A model generated the notes under the pieces. The model searched no databases. It was not told where the DNA came from and was given only the letters and a program-made list of their open reading frames with translations. The position numbers were made by a program, and so were the translations under genes. Of a DNA stretch of 62,565 nt, positions 20,403-30,545 are shown piece by piece. Source of the stretch: Ignavibacteria bacterium (GTDB taxonomy: Bacteria; Bacteroidota; Ignavibacteria; UBA10030; UBA6906); the NCBI GenBank assembly GCA_027295705.1, contig JAPUKJ010000091.1, positions 1 through 62,565 of the forward strand, written 5' to 3'. The first letter of the stretch is position 1, and each line of letters begins with the position of its first letter.

Positions 20403-21521
20403 ATGAAGTTACCCGAACGAGTTGCAATTGTACATGAATGGTTTACTTCAATGCGTGGGGGCGAGAAGTGTGTGGAAGTATTATGCGAACTTTTTCCTCA
20501 AGCAACTCTTTTTGTTCTTGTGCACAAGAAAGGTTCCGTCTCTTCAACGATCGAGTCGATGCCCATCCGCACTTCATTCATCCAGCGCCTTCCTTTTGCT
20601 GAACGACGCTATCGACACTATCTACCCCTTTTTCCAGCAGCAGTCGAAGGGTTCGATATGAATGAATTCGATCTCGTTATTTCTTCGAATCACTGTGTTG
20701 CCAAAGGGGTGCGGACGAAGCCAAATACGCTGCATATCTGCTACTGCCACACTCCAATGCGCTATGTCTGGGATATGTACACGGAGTATTTTGGTCGAGG
20801 ACGTGCAGGTGTTGCAACACGAATAGGGATGAGACTCTTCCTGGATAAACTTCGTAGATGGGATGTGCGGACAGCGAGCAACCCACATGGCTATGTTGCT
20901 AATTCTCAGAACATTAGGTCGAAAATTCAAAAGATATACAACCGTACTGCCGACGTTATCTATCCTCCAGTAAACACATCCCTATTTCAGCTTTCACATA
21001 GGCAAGGTGCATATTTTCTGATTATCAGTGCTTTTGTGCCATACAAGCGGATTGATCTTGCCATCGAAGCGCTTAAACGAACGGGAGACACGCTGATCAT
21101 CGTAGGAGATGGACCCGATGCTAAGCGACTCAAAAAGATGGCTGCACCTAACATTGAATTTATGGGCTGGCAGCCAGATGAACAACTTAAGGAGCTATAC
21201 GCAGGATGTAAAGCGGTTGTATTTCCAGGAGAGGAAGACTTCGGGATTGTTCCCGTAGAAGCGATGGCGTGCGGCAAGCCCGTTATCGCTTTCGCGAAGG
21301 GAGGAGCTTTAGAAACCATTGTTGATAGTCCAAGTCTGAAAACGGGTATCGCTTTTCAGGAACAAACGGTTGATTCACTTATCGAAGCCATACGAAGTTG
21401 TAGGGAAGGGGAGTTCAAGCCAGAAGAACTTCGTGCATACGCCTGCCGATTCGACCGAGAAGTGTTCAAACAGAAGATGAGAGAGTACGTCGAGAACAAA
21501 TGGAGGGAGTTCAAATCGTAG
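20403..21521 (+). CDS. Glycosyltransferase family 4 (GT-B, retaining)
   Basis: From ATG 20403: MKLPERVAIVHEW...GGEKCVE. C-terminal E-x7-E region FPGEEDFGIVPVEAMACGKPVIAFAKGGALE. Confidence 0.85.
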   Translation: MKLPERVAIVHEWFTSMRGGEKCVEVLCELFPQATLFVLVHKKGSVSSTIESMPIRTSFIQRLPFAERRYRHYLPLFPAAVEGFDMNEFDLVISSNHCVAKGVRTKPNTLHICYCHTPMRYVWDMYTEYFGRGRAGVATRIGMRLFLDKLRRWDVRTASNPHGYVANSQNIRSKIQKIYNRTADVIYPPVNTSLFQLSHRQGAYFLIISAFVPYKRIDLAIEALKRTGDTLIIVGDGPDAKRLKKMAAPNIEFMGWQPDEQLKELYAGCKAVVFPGEEDFGIVPVEAMACGKPVIAFAKGGALETIVDSPSLKTGIAFQEQTVDSLIEAIRSCREGEFKPEELRAYACRFDREVFKQKMREYVENKWREFKS

Positions 21522-21575
21522 TTCGTTGACATTTAGATGTGTTTTGACTATATTTTTCGGCCAAAAGTTCATGGA

Positions 21576-22529
21576 ATGGCTGTGAGCACTGACGAAAACC
21601 GACGTAAGAGGAAGGCTAAGCAGTACGACCTGCTGATTGTTCCAAAGGAAGAGGGAGGGAGAACAAGGAGTTTTCGCGTTAGTGTACCAAAGTTATGGCT
21701 GCTCGGCGTGCTAACCTTCTTTGGTATTGTTGCAGTTATTCTGTTAATGTATATTTACACTCCCTTGGCTTTCTACCTGCCTATTCCGAATCCAAAGCTA
21801 GAGCAAAGATATGGCCAGCAAATTGCCGAAACTCAGAGACAACTCAATGCACTTGCCGAGGACGTGCTGTTATTAAGGGATTACAACCTGCAACTACGCA
21901 AAGCTCTGGGGGATCAAGGTATTGAAGATACCACAGCAAAGACTAGTGTTGCCTCTGCGCTTTCGACCGTCCGGAGAAGTGGACCTGGTCGGCGTGACTC
22001 GGGAATCGGTGATACGGCTTTCTCCGAAGGGAATCACTTTGCAGAAGATTATGGCGGGCTAGATTTTGCGAGGTCTCCGTACAATGCAGTTGTGACCAGC
22101 GATGATGGTTTCCGAGCAGTATTTCCTCTCGTCAGTCCGACAAAAGGATTTGTCTCACAAGGATTTGATCCTTCACGAAAACACTTCGGGATAGATTACG
22201 CTGCTAAGAAAGGTGCTGTAGTGTATGCCGCGACAGACGGACGTATCGTCTTTGCAGGCTGGACGTACGAAGATGGAAATATGTTGATCATTTCGCATGG
22301 CGGTGGATACCTTACTGTGTACAAGCACAACCAATCGCTGTTAAAGGCTGCGCGTGCATTTGTGGAGCGAGGGGAGCCAGTAGCACTGATTGGAACTTCA
22401 GGAAAAACAAGTCGTGGGCCTCACCTTCATTTTGAAGTTTGGAAGGACGGAGTTCCACAAGATCCCGATGAGTTTTTGCTGACCTCACCTAAAATACATC
22501 AGATACATTACAAGGATCAACGTGGCTGA
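21576..22529 (+). CDS. M23 (LytM-type) peptidase with N-terminal TM and coiled coil
   Basis: TM (LWLLGVLTFFGIVAVILLMYIY); M23 metal motifs HFGIDYAA and GPHLHFEVW. Start could be 21537 or 21576. Confidence 0.85.
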   Translation: MAVSTDENRRKRKAKQYDLLIVPKEEGGRTRSFRVSVPKLWLLGVLTFFGIVAVILLMYIYTPLAFYLPIPNPKLEQRYGQQIAETQRQLNALAEDVLLLRDYNLQLRKALGDQGIEDTTAKTSVASALSTVRRSGPGRRDSGIGDTAFSEGNHFAEDYGGLDFARSPYNAVVTSDDGFRAVFPLVSPTKGFVSQGFDPSRKHFGIDYAAKKGAVVYAATDGRIVFAGWTYEDGNMLIISHGGGYLTVYKHNQSLLKAARAFVERGEPVALIGTSGKTSRGPHLHFEVWKDGVPQDPDEFLLTSPKIHQIHYKDQRG

Positions 22530-22896
22530 CAAAAAGCGTGGAAATGACGATCTTAGCCTGGTCGGTGCAGGCACGCTGATTGAGGGTAAGATCAAGACAG
22601 ATGGGAGTATCCGTGTCGACGGGACGCTTATTGGAGAGATTGTGGCAAAAGCGAGTGCTGCAATTGGCTTGACTGGTACGGTGGAAGGTGGTGTGATGGC
22701 GAAGAACGTTACCATTGCCGGGAAAGTCAAAGGGACGGTAACAGCAACTGAAAAACTGACGCTTGAAGGAAAGTCAATCACACGCGGTGATATTCGTGCA
22801 TCGAAGCTGATAGTTGATGAAGGTGCAACGTTTGACGGGCAGTGTGCGATGACTTCTCAAAACGGCGCAACAAAAGAGGGCTCATCTCAAAAGTAA
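22522..22896 (+). CDS. Bactofilin (polymer-forming cytoskeletal protein)
   Basis: Beta-helical repeat pattern (IEGKIKTDGSIRVDGTLIGEI...TGTVEGGVMAKNVTIAGKVKGTVTATEKLTLEGKSITRGDI...VDEGATFDGQC). GTG start overlaps the M23 gene by 8 nt. Confidence 0.85.
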   Translation: MADKKRGNDDLSLVGAGTLIEGKIKTDGSIRVDGTLIGEIVAKASAAIGLTGTVEGGVMAKNVTIAGKVKGTVTATEKLTLEGKSITRGDIRASKLIVDEGATFDGQCAMTSQNGATKEGSSQK

Positions 22897-22903
22897 TGCT
22901 CAT

Positions 22904-23194
22904 ATGGACGCACCTGGGAAGGGTGATAAGCCGGGTGGGTTCGGCACCAAATGGAGTGCTGAGTTTGGCCCTCTCCTCACTCTAGGCCTACAGTTAGCAA
23001 TCTCCGTTGTTGCCTTTTTTTTTCTAGGACTTTGGCTAGATAGCAAACTTGATACTGCACCGTGGCTGATGATAGTAGGGTTGCTACTTGGTGTTGTGGG
23101 GGGATTTTTGAGTTTTTTTAGGACTGTGACTGCTATTGGAAAAAAGGAGGAGGAATCAAAGAAATTGAAGAAGGGATCGTACCGTGAAGATTGA
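22904..23194 (+). CDS. AtpZ/AtpR-like small membrane protein (putative F0F1-ATPase accessory subunit)
   Basis: 96 aa, 2 TM. Motif LGLQLAISVVAFFFLGLWLDSKLDTAPWLMIVGLLLGVVGG typical of the ATPase_gene1 family. First gene of the atp cluster. Confidence 0.6.
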   Translation: MDAPGKGDKPGGFGTKWSAEFGPLLTLGLQLAISVVAFFFLGLWLDSKLDTAPWLMIVGLLLGVVGGFLSFFRTVTAIGKKEEESKKLKKGSYRED

Positions 23195-23573
23195 TCCTGG
23201 CTTCCCCAAGCAGATCGCAATAGCGTTTGCAGCAATAACTGGTCTAGCGGCGTACCCTCTTGCAAGGTTTGGCACTATCGAGGTGATCGTTGCTGCTACA
23301 ATAGGCGCAATCATCAGTACAATCAATGTATTGCTGGGTTATTTCTCAATTGAGTATTCGTTGAACAAATCATATTCGACCTTCTTGAAAGCCGTCCTCG
23401 GCGGGATGAGTATACGAATGCTGCTGATGTTGGGTGCGTTGCTGATCTTGATTAAGTTGTTTGGATTTCATGCGGTTGCTTTGACGGTGTCGCTTCTTGG
23501 GTTTTATGTAATCTACCTAACAATAGAGGTGATCTTCATTCAAAGGAAATTGATTATTAAGAATCAGGAGTAA
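23184..23573 (+). CDS. ATP synthase protein I-like membrane protein
   Basis: 129 aa, 4 hydrophobic helices. Positioned between atpZ-like and atpB, overlapping atpZ-like by 11 nt. Call based on position and topology. Confidence 0.5.
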   Translation: MKIDPGFPKQIAIAFAAITGLAAYPLARFGTIEVIVAATIGAIISTINVLLGYFSIEYSLNKSYSTFLKAVLGGMSIRMLLMLGALLILIKLFGFHAVALTVSLLGFYVIYLTIEVIFIQRKLIIKNQE

Positions 23574-23591
23574 ATCTCTTGTGATGTTCCC

Positions 23592-24509
23592 TTGTTGTTG
23601 AACAATATGATGGACGAAACGCTTGTACAAGGTTCCCTAGACACCCTTCGTGCTGGTGCTCTCCAAGTGGAGGGACATGGGGAAGAGAATTTGTTCGTGG
23701 AGTTGTTGCATCACGTACAGGATTCGCACGAACTTGAAATTCCATTCCTCGGACATATCGAATTGCCTCAATTCACGCCGTTTGAAATTGCCGGGCTTAC
23801 CATTGACATGTCGATCACAAAGCATGTATTCTTTCTTTGGTTTGCTGCTCTGCTTCTCTGCCTGCTTGCTATTGTAGCGGCCAGGAAGAATAGAAAACAT
23901 CCAGTCCCGACAGGTTTTGGCAACCTTGTGGAAGTGCTTGTCGTGTTCATACGTGACCAGGTCGTGGTTCCTAACATGGGTTCAGGAGGAATACGATACA
24001 TGCCGTACCTGCTTACAACATTCTTCTTTATTCTTGTTATGAATCTCTTGGGACTTGTTCCCTTTGGTGCTTCTGCGACTGGCAATGTGAGTACGACCGC
24101 CGGGCTTGCGATCATTGCTTTCATCATGATTCAGGTGGCTCCCATTAGAACTCAGGGTCTTGGCCATTACCTCGCCCATCTTACTGGCGGTGTTCACTGG
24201 ACACTCTGGCCGATTATGGTTCCAATCGAGATTCTGGGGCTCTTCACGAAACCTTTTGCTCTCTGTATCCGACTCTTTGCAAACATGACTGCAGGGCACA
24301 TCGTCATTGTGTCACTTATCGGGTTGATCTTCGTTTTTAAATCATACATTGTTGCCATTGCACCCGTGGGATTTGTTCTCGGCATAAGTCTGCTGGAACT
24401 GTTCGTTGCAGTTCTTCAGGCGTATATCTTTACCATACTCACAGCAATGTTCATGGGGCTTGGGATGCAAACCGAGGGCCACGGCGAACATGTGGAAAGT
24501 GGTCACTAA
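23592..24509 (+). CDS. atpB: F0F1 ATP synthase subunit a
   Basis: Conserved helix-4 region FALCIRLFANMTAGHIV (essential Arg) and LQAYIFTILTAMF. TTG start. Confidence 0.92.
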   Translation: MLLNNMMDETLVQGSLDTLRAGALQVEGHGEENLFVELLHHVQDSHELEIPFLGHIELPQFTPFEIAGLTIDMSITKHVFFLWFAALLLCLLAIVAARKNRKHPVPTGFGNLVEVLVVFIRDQVVVPNMGSGGIRYMPYLLTTFFFILVMNLLGLVPFGASATGNVSTTAGLAIIAFIMIQVAPIRTQGLGHYLAHLTGGVHWTLWPIMVPIEILGLFTKPFALCIRLFANMTAGHIVIVSLIGLIFVFKSYIVAIAPVGFVLGISLLELFVAVLQAYIFTILTAMFMGLGMQTEGHGEHVESGH

Positions 24510-24569
24510 GTGTAGGCTCGAAACTAGGAATACATCACCGCATAGTAACTTTTTGACAGGAGGAAAACT

Positions 24570-24797
24570 ATGGACTCAATCGGCTTAGGTTATTTGGCAG
24601 CAGGAATCGGAGCGGCATTAGCCGTGATCGGAGGAGGGCTAGGTATAGGCAGACTTGCAGCTGCAGCGATGGAAGCAAGCGGCCGTCAGCCTGAAGTGGC
24701 TGGTGAAGTTCGCACCTCGATGATTATTGCCGCTGCCCTTATTGAAGGTGTAACCTTCTTTGCACTTGCAATCTGTATTATTCTAGCAACCAAATAA
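24570..24797 (+). CDS. atpE: F0F1 ATP synthase subunit c
   Basis: 75 aa hairpin, GxGxGxG helix (GIGAALAVIGGGLGIG), RQPE loop, ion-binding Glu in AALIEGVTFFAL. Confidence 0.92.
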   Translation: MDSIGLGYLAAGIGAALAVIGGGLGIGRLAAAAMEASGRQPEVAGEVRTSMIIAAALIEGVTFFALAICIILATK

Positions 24798-24814
24798 TTT
24801 TGCTGAGGTTTGGC

Positions 24815-25300
24815 ATGCTTGAAATTAATCCAGGTCTAATTCTATGGACCATAGTAACGTTCATTATTCTTCTGGTAGTTTTACGTGCAGTAGCATGGAA
24901 GCCGTTGTTGGGTGCGTTAACAGCGCGCGAGGAGAAGATCCGCACCTCACTCCAAAGGACAGAACAGGCGCAGCAAGAGGCTGAGAAGCTACTCGAGGAA
25001 AACAAACATCAGCTTGCCCAGGCGGAAGAGCAATCGCAGCGGGCCATCAAGGAGGGTCGTGAGACGGGTGAAAGATTGAAGGCTGAAATTATCGAAAAGG
25101 CCAATGCATCATCCCGCGATATGATAGAACAAGCGAAGGAGGAAATCCGTAGGGAGAAAGATGCCGCGCTCATAGAGCTTCGTGGTGAAGTGGCAGACCT
25201 TGCGATCATGGCAGCGGAAAAAGTGCTTGACGCGAATCTGGATGCGCCGAAACAGAGAGAACTTGTTGAAACAGCCATCAGAGAGATCAACAAAAGGTAG
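24815..25300 (+). CDS. atpF: F0F1 ATP synthase subunit b
   Basis: MLEINPGLILWTIVTFIILLVVL single TM, then a long charged coiled coil. ATG 24815 preferred over track TTG 24800. Confidence 0.85.
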   Translation: MLEINPGLILWTIVTFIILLVVLRAVAWKPLLGALTAREEKIRTSLQRTEQAQQEAEKLLEENKHQLAQAEEQSQRAIKEGRETGERLKAEIIEKANASSRDMIEQAKEEIRREKDAALIELRGEVADLAIMAAEKVLDANLDAPKQRELVETAIREINKR

Positions 25301-25306
25301 CGATCC

Positions 25307-25846
25307 ATGAAAAATGTTCGTGTGGCACGGCGGTATGCTATGGCGTTAATGAGCATGGCTGAAGAACTGAACAGGATTGATGACACATCAAGAGATCTTG
25401 AGGTTGTCAACGGAATCTTACGTGACTCTCGAGAATTCCGATTGTTGGTTGCCAGCCCTATTGTGTCTCCTTCGAAAAAGTCGGCCATCTTTGATGCGTT
25501 GTTAGGCAGCCGGGTTAGCATCGAAACTCTTATTTTTGTTCGCCTTTTGGCCTTGAAACATAGAGAAGCACTGCTGCAGGATGTGATTGACCAGTTTAAT
25601 GTTTTGCGGGACGAGAGATTTGGCATCACCAATGTGGATGTCAAGGCGGCGCTCGAGTTTTCGCCAGCGCAAGAAAAAAGCCTTCAGGGGGAACTCGAAC
25701 GCTTTACCGGCAAAAAGGTCCGGTTGCACTTCTCATTGGATAAAGAGATAAAAGGGGGACTCGTTGTCCAGGTTGGAGACACTGTTCTCGACGCGACTAT
25801 TAAGCATCAACTTGAACTGTTGAGAGCGTGCTTTGTTGCCGGATAA
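25307..25846 (+). CDS. atpH: F0F1 ATP synthase subunit delta (OSCP)
   Basis: VARRYAMAL start, C-terminal [21 protein letters not shown] typical of delta; operon position. Confidence 0.85.
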   Translation: MKNVRVARRYAMALMSMAEELNRIDDTSRDLEVVNGILRDSREFRLLVASPIVSPSKKSAIFDALLGSRVSIETLIFVRLLALKHREALLQDVIDQFNVLRDERFGITNVDVKAALEFSPAQEKSLQGELERFTGKKVRLHFSLDKEIKGGLVVQVGDTVLDATIKHQLELLRACFVAG

Positions 25847-25884
25847 CACCGGTCGAATCGATTCTGATTAACAAGGATAGCACA

Positions 25885-27441
25885 ATGGCTGAAGTAAGAC
25901 CAGATGAAGTATCTGCGATATTAAGGAAGCAACTTGCAGGTTTCGAGAAGGAAATCGATGTCTATGATGTCGGAACTGTTCTTCAGGTCGGTGACGGCGT
26001 TGCACGTGTGTATGGACTCTCCAAGGCATTGATGAGCGAGCTTGTGGAGTTTCCACACGGTGTGTTTGGCATGGTGCTCAATCTTGAAGAGGATAATGTG
26101 GGATGCATGCTCTTTGGTGAGAGCAGGGGGATCAAGGAAGGCGATCAAGTAAAGAGAACTGGTCGCGTAGCGTCGACGGCCGTGGGTACGCAAATGCTCG
26201 GCCGCGTTGTGAATCCGCTTGGTCATCCAATTGACGGACGTGGACCAATCAAGGCTGAGAAGCTCATGCCCATGGAGCGGAAAGCTCTAGGAGTGATTCA
26301 ACGCCAGCCTGTGAAGGAACCGCTTCAGACCGGCATCAAGTCCGTGGATGGCATGATTCCAATTGGTCGCGGTCAGCGTGAGTTGATTATTGGAGATCGC
26401 CAAACTGGAAAGACTGCTATAGCGATTGATACGATTATCAACCAAAAGTATGCACATTCGGAGAAAGCGAAGAAAGAAGGCATCCAACCAGTCTACTGCA
26501 TCTATGTTGCAGTTGGACAGAGAAGCTCCACGGTTGCTCAGGTGGTGGATAGACTTCAGCGGGAAGGTGCGATGGCATACACAACGGTTGTAGCGGCCAC
26601 GGCGAGTGATCCAGCACCACTTCAATTCATCGCGCCGTATTCCGGGGCAACGCTTGGGGAGTTTTTTCGCGACAGTGGGCGTCACGCTCTCGTTGTCTAC
26701 GATGATCTCTCTAAGCAGGCTCAAGCGTACCGCCAGGTCTCATTGTTGCTTCGCAGGCCACCAGGCCGCGAGGCATATCCGGGCGATATTTTCTACCTCC
26801 ATTCGCGCCTCCTGGAGCGCGCGTCAAAACTGAGTGATGAGCTCGGGGGCGGCAGCCTCACAGCGCTCCCTGTTATAGAGACACAGGCAGGAGACGTCTC
26901 GGCGTATATTCCGACAAATGTAATCTCGATTACCGACGGACAAATCTACCTGGAGCCTGGGATGTTCAACTCAGGTATCCGTCCAGCCATTAATGTCGGT
27001 ATCTCTGTGTCTCGTGTTGGTGGTAAGGCTCAAATCAAGGCGATGAAGAAAGTCGCTGGGCGATTGCGCCTCGAGCTTGCACAGTATCGTGAGCTTGAAG
27101 CATTTGCGAAATTCAGCTCTGATCTTGACAAAGCGACGCTCGCCCAGTTGCGCCGTGGTTCGCGATTGGTGGAGTTACTCAAACAGGGACAGTATGCGCC
27201 GATGCCAGTCGAGAAGCAGGTAGTAAGCATCTTTGCGGGCACGACTGGCTTCCTCGATGAAATACCCCTTGAACATGTGCAACGCTTTGAGAGCGAGTTC
27301 CTTGAGACGATGGACTTAAAACATCCCGATTTGTTGCAGAAGATTGCGGAGAAGAAGGATCTCACCGATGATATTACAACTGAGCTTAATGCTATCCTGC
27401 GAGAATTTACCAACTCGTTTAAGGTATCTGTAACTGCCTAG
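25885..27441 (+). CDS. atpA: F0F1 ATP synthase subunit alpha
   Basis: From ATG 25885: [17 protein letters not shown]. Walker [57 protein letters not shown]. Confidence 0.98.
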   Translation: MAEVRPDEVSAILRKQLAGFEKEIDVYDVGTVLQVGDGVARVYGLSKALMSELVEFPHGVFGMVLNLEEDNVGCMLFGESRGIKEGDQVKRTGRVASTAVGTQMLGRVVNPLGHPIDGRGPIKAEKLMPMERKALGVIQRQPVKEPLQTGIKSVDGMIPIGRGQRELIIGDRQTGKTAIAIDTIINQKYAHSEKAKKEGIQPVYCIYVAVGQRSSTVAQVVDRLQREGAMAYTTVVAATASDPAPLQFIAPYSGATLGEFFRDSGRHALVVYDDLSKQAQAYRQVSLLLRRPPGREAYPGDIFYLHSRLLERASKLSDELGGGSLTALPVIETQAGDVSAYIPTNVISITDGQIYLEPGMFNSGIRPAINVGISVSRVGGKAQIKAMKKVAGRLRLELAQYRELEAFAKFSSDLDKATLAQLRRGSRLVELLKQGQYAPMPVEKQVVSIFAGTTGFLDEIPLEHVQRFESEFLETMDLKHPDLLQKIAEKKDLTDDITTELNAILREFTNSFKVSVTA

Positions 27442-27469
27442 AACGGAAAGTCTGATCTTCAGATTGCTT

Positions 27470-28357
27470 ATGGCGACATTGCGAGAAGTGCGCACTCGAA
27501 TCATTGGCGTAAAAAAAACACAGAAGATTACCAAGGCGATGAAAATGGTCGCAGCAGCAAAGCTTCGGCGGGCTCAAGCTGGGGTGATTGCCGCTCGTCC
27601 CTATGCTCGCAAGATGATGGACTTGCTTTGCCATCTTGTGGGAAGTTTGGACGTCAGCTCTAATTCGCTTATTTTGCCTCGAGAGATTGGATCGATTGCT
27701 TTGGTTGTCGTCACTTCAGATCGCGGCCTCTGTGGTGCATTCAATACCAATCTGCTGAGGGCAGCTGTCGAGCATGTGGAAAAGCAATATGCAGTGGAGA
27801 ACAAAAGAGGAAATCTCAAAGTGTTTTGTGTTGGCCGAAAGGGGTTCGAATTCTTCTCCAGGAGGCAATACAATGTTGCAGGGAAGCATATCGGAGTTTA
27901 CAATAACCTTGTCTTTGGTCAAGCGCAGATGATTGCACGGCAACTAGTCGATGGTTACATGAAGGAAGAGTTTGACAAGGTTGAGGTGATATATAACGAG
28001 TTCAAGTCTGTAGCTCAGCAGCGAATCGTAATCGACCAGTTTCTTCCTGTTTCTGTCTCCTCTGAGGACGCGGCGCTTGCGAAGGGTTCAGTCAACTATA
28101 TCTACGAGCCAAACCCTATCGAGATTGTTAATGCGTTGCTACCGAAACATTTAGATTTTCAGATGTGGAGAGTTTTGCTTGAGTCAAATGCCTCGGAGCA
28201 GGGGGCGCGGATGGCTGCAATGGACAATGCGACGGAGAATGCAAACGAAATGATCTCCATGTTGCAACTTGCGTATAACAAAGCCCGGCAGGCATCAATC
28301 ACGAAGGAACTGTTGGAAGTTGTCGGTGGAGCTGAAGCTCTGAAGAAAACCGGATAA
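27470..28357 (+). CDS. atpG: F0F1 ATP synthase subunit gamma
   Basis: MATLREVRTRIIGVKKTQKITKAMKMVAAAKLRRAQ N-terminus and C-terminal ITKELLEVVGGAEAL. Confidence 0.95.
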   Translation: MATLREVRTRIIGVKKTQKITKAMKMVAAAKLRRAQAGVIAARPYARKMMDLLCHLVGSLDVSSNSLILPREIGSIALVVVTSDRGLCGAFNTNLLRAAVEHVEKQYAVENKRGNLKVFCVGRKGFEFFSRRQYNVAGKHIGVYNNLVFGQAQMIARQLVDGYMKEEFDKVEVIYNEFKSVAQQRIVIDQFLPVSVSSEDAALAKGSVNYIYEPNPIEIVNALLPKHLDFQMWRVLLESNASEQGARMAAMDNATENANEMISMLQLAYNKARQASITKELLEVVGGAEALKKTG

Positions 28358-28380
28358 GCCTCACCTCTTCTTAGTGTCCT

Positions 28381-28416
28381 CACCGCCTCAGATGTAAATC
28401 AGGCGGTGTTTTTTTT
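28381..28416 (+). terminator. Rho-independent terminator of the atp operon
   Basis: CACCGCC (28381-28387) / 14-nt loop / GGCGGTG (28402-28408), followed by 8 T (28409-28416), 24 nt after the atpG stop. Confidence 0.8.
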
Positions 28417-28635
28417 CTTGCCTACAAACCTGCACTTAAAGGAAGCGGGACGACTTACTGAGTTCCGTGAATTCACTGATAGCTTGCGGGTGAGGATGTA
28501 TTGGAAGGGACTTGCGCTGTCCTAGGACAGTACCCAGGGACTTCATACCTTGCAAAAGTAGTTGTTTTTGAGTAGGTTTAACGATACAAAATATACATAA
28601 TTGCTATGAAAAGCCCATATTGATCAATATTCCGA

Positions 28636-29961
28636 ATGTTTGAAGACTTAAGCCGAAAGTTAGAAGGTGTATTTAAACGTCTGAGAGGAGAAGGGAAAAT
28701 CTCAGAGGCGAATGTTGGAGAAACCCTGCGCGAGATCCGACGAATTCTCCTCGATGCAGATGTTAATTATAAGGTTGCGAAGCAGTTTGTTGACGATGTC
28801 AAGGAACGGGCTGTGGGAGAGCATGTATTGCAAAGCATCACTCCCGGCCAGCTAATTGTAAAGATCATCTACGATGAGCTGGTGTCGTTGCTCGGTACTT
28901 CAAACGTGGAAATAACGATCTCCCCATCCCCGCCGACTATCGTCATGGTGGCAGGCCTGCAAGGCTCTGGCAAAACCACATTTTGTGCCAAGCTCGCTTC
29001 TCATCTTAAATCGCAAGGGCGCCACCCGTTGCTGGCTGCAGCGGACATGCACAGACCGGCCGCCATTGAACAACTGGTTGCACTAGGTGAACAACTTGAT
29101 GTACCCGTGTATTGGGAGAGTGATGCCAGCGCTGTGGCTGTTGCAGAACAGTCTATTGTTCATGCAAAAAAGAACGCTCGGGATGTGGTCATCGTTGATA
29201 CTGCTGGCCGGTTGCACGTTGACGAAGACATGATGAAGGAGGTTGAGGCAATCAAGTCATCGATCACTCCGCATGAGATCCTATTTGTGGTGGATGCAAT
29301 GACGGGACAAGATGCAGTCAACTCGGCGAAGGCATTTCATGAGCGGCTTAATTTCGATGGTGTCGTCCTTACAAAATTGGACGGTGACGCGCGGGGCGGC
29401 GCTGCTATTTCTCTACGTGCCTCGGTTGGCAAGCCAATTAAGTTTATTGGGGTTGGCGAAAAGCTCGATGCTCTGGAGAAATTTCACCCGGAAAGGCTCG
29501 CTTCACGAATTCTCGGCAAGGGTGATATTGTCACGCTCGTAGAGAAGGCACAGGAACGGTTTGATGAAGAGAAGGCGATTACCCTTCAAGCTAAGATCCG
29601 CAAAGCTCAATTCACACTTGAGGACTTTTTACAGCAGCTACAAGAAGTTAAGAGGATGGGACCGCTTAGCCAAGTTTTGGGTATGCTGCCAGGGATGAGC
29701 AGACTACCCCAAGAGGCAACGATTGATGACAATGCACTTGTAGAGATTGAGGCAATCATTCAATCAATGACGAAGGAAGAGCGACAGAATGCACGCGTGA
29801 TCAACGGAAGTAGGAGAAAGAGGATTGCTGTGGGGAGCGGGACCACTGTTCAAGGTGTGAACAGGCTGTTAAAACAATTTGACCAGATGCAGAAGATGAT
29901 GAAAACGCTGAGGAAGGGTAGGAAAAAAGATATGCTAATGGGAGGCTTACAGATGCGGTGA
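28636..29961 (+). CDS. ffh: Signal recognition particle protein Ffh
   Basis: GLQGSGKTTF, DTAGRL, TKLDGDARGGAA, Met-rich M domain (MGPLSQVLGMLPGM). Confidence 0.98.
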   Translation: MFEDLSRKLEGVFKRLRGEGKISEANVGETLREIRRILLDADVNYKVAKQFVDDVKERAVGEHVLQSITPGQLIVKIIYDELVSLLGTSNVEITISPSPPTIVMVAGLQGSGKTTFCAKLASHLKSQGRHPLLAAADMHRPAAIEQLVALGEQLDVPVYWESDASAVAVAEQSIVHAKKNARDVVIVDTAGRLHVDEDMMKEVEAIKSSITPHEILFVVDAMTGQDAVNSAKAFHERLNFDGVVLTKLDGDARGGAAISLRASVGKPIKFIGVGEKLDALEKFHPERLASRILGKGDIVTLVEKAQERFDEEKAITLQAKIRKAQFTLEDFLQQLQEVKRMGPLSQVLGMLPGMSRLPQEATIDDNALVEIEAIIQSMTKEERQNARVINGSRRKRIAVGSGTTVQGVNRLLKQFDQMQKMMKTLRKGRKKDMLMGGLQMR

Positions 29962-30095
29962 GGTTTTAGTCCATCGGGACATGATCTCGGTATGCTGCCG
30001 CTGGTTCCCTGTCATGGCGCGTTTATTGTGCAGAGACAGCAGGAAAAACATGCGATGTATTTGAGAATCATAAACACTAGAGAAGGAGATCCGCT

Positions 30096-30545
30096 TTGGC
30101 AGTACGATTAAGATTGCGACGAATTGGAAAGAAAAAGCTACCCATCTATCACATCGTTGCAGCAGATTCACGCGTTGCGCGCACTGGCAAGTTTCTTGAG
30201 ATCCTTGGCCGCTACGAGCCTCTTCAACAGCCGATGCTGATTACTGCGAACGAGGATCGCGTGTTCTATTGGTTGAGAACAGGAGCAAAACCAACAGACA
30301 CTGTACGGAGCCTACTAAAGCGGACCGGGCTGTGGATGAAATGGAATATGTCAAGAAAGGGTGTTGACCAGGCAACGATTGCTACAGAAATGCAAAAGTG
30401 GCAGATGGCACAAGTCGAAAAAAATCAGCGTCATGAGGCACGAAAAGCACGTCGCCTCACTGCACGCCGTAAGTCAAAGAAGAGTGCTGAGGAGGACACT
30501 GCGCAGGCAGCACCTGCTCCTAGTGAAGTCCCAGCAGAGTCGTAA
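30096..30545 (+). CDS. rpsP: 30S ribosomal protein S16 with basic C-terminal extension
   Basis: (M)AVRLRLRRIGKKKLPIYHIVAADSRVARTGKFLEILGRYEP. TTG start 7 nt after AAGGAG. Confidence 0.92.
   Translation: MAVRLRLRRIGKKKLPIYHIVAADSRVARTGKFLEILGRYEPLQQPMLITANEDRVFYWLRTGAKPTDTVRSLLKRTGLWMKWNMSRKGVDQATIATEMQKWQMAQVEKNQRHEARKARRLTARRKSKKSAEEDTAQAAPAPSEVPAES

Noticed and set aside
25009-25644. 211-aa minus-strand ORF
   Set aside because: It lies entirely antisense to atpF/atpH. The product is Ser/Ala/Arg-rich low complexity, as expected from the reverse frame of a charged coiled-coil gene. It has no motifs.
28417-28635. Possible SRP RNA or other ncRNA next to ffh
   Set aside because: I could not find the conserved SRP RNA domain IV motifs or a convincing extended helix by eye. 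Only the palindrome reported above stands out. This needs a covariance-model scan.
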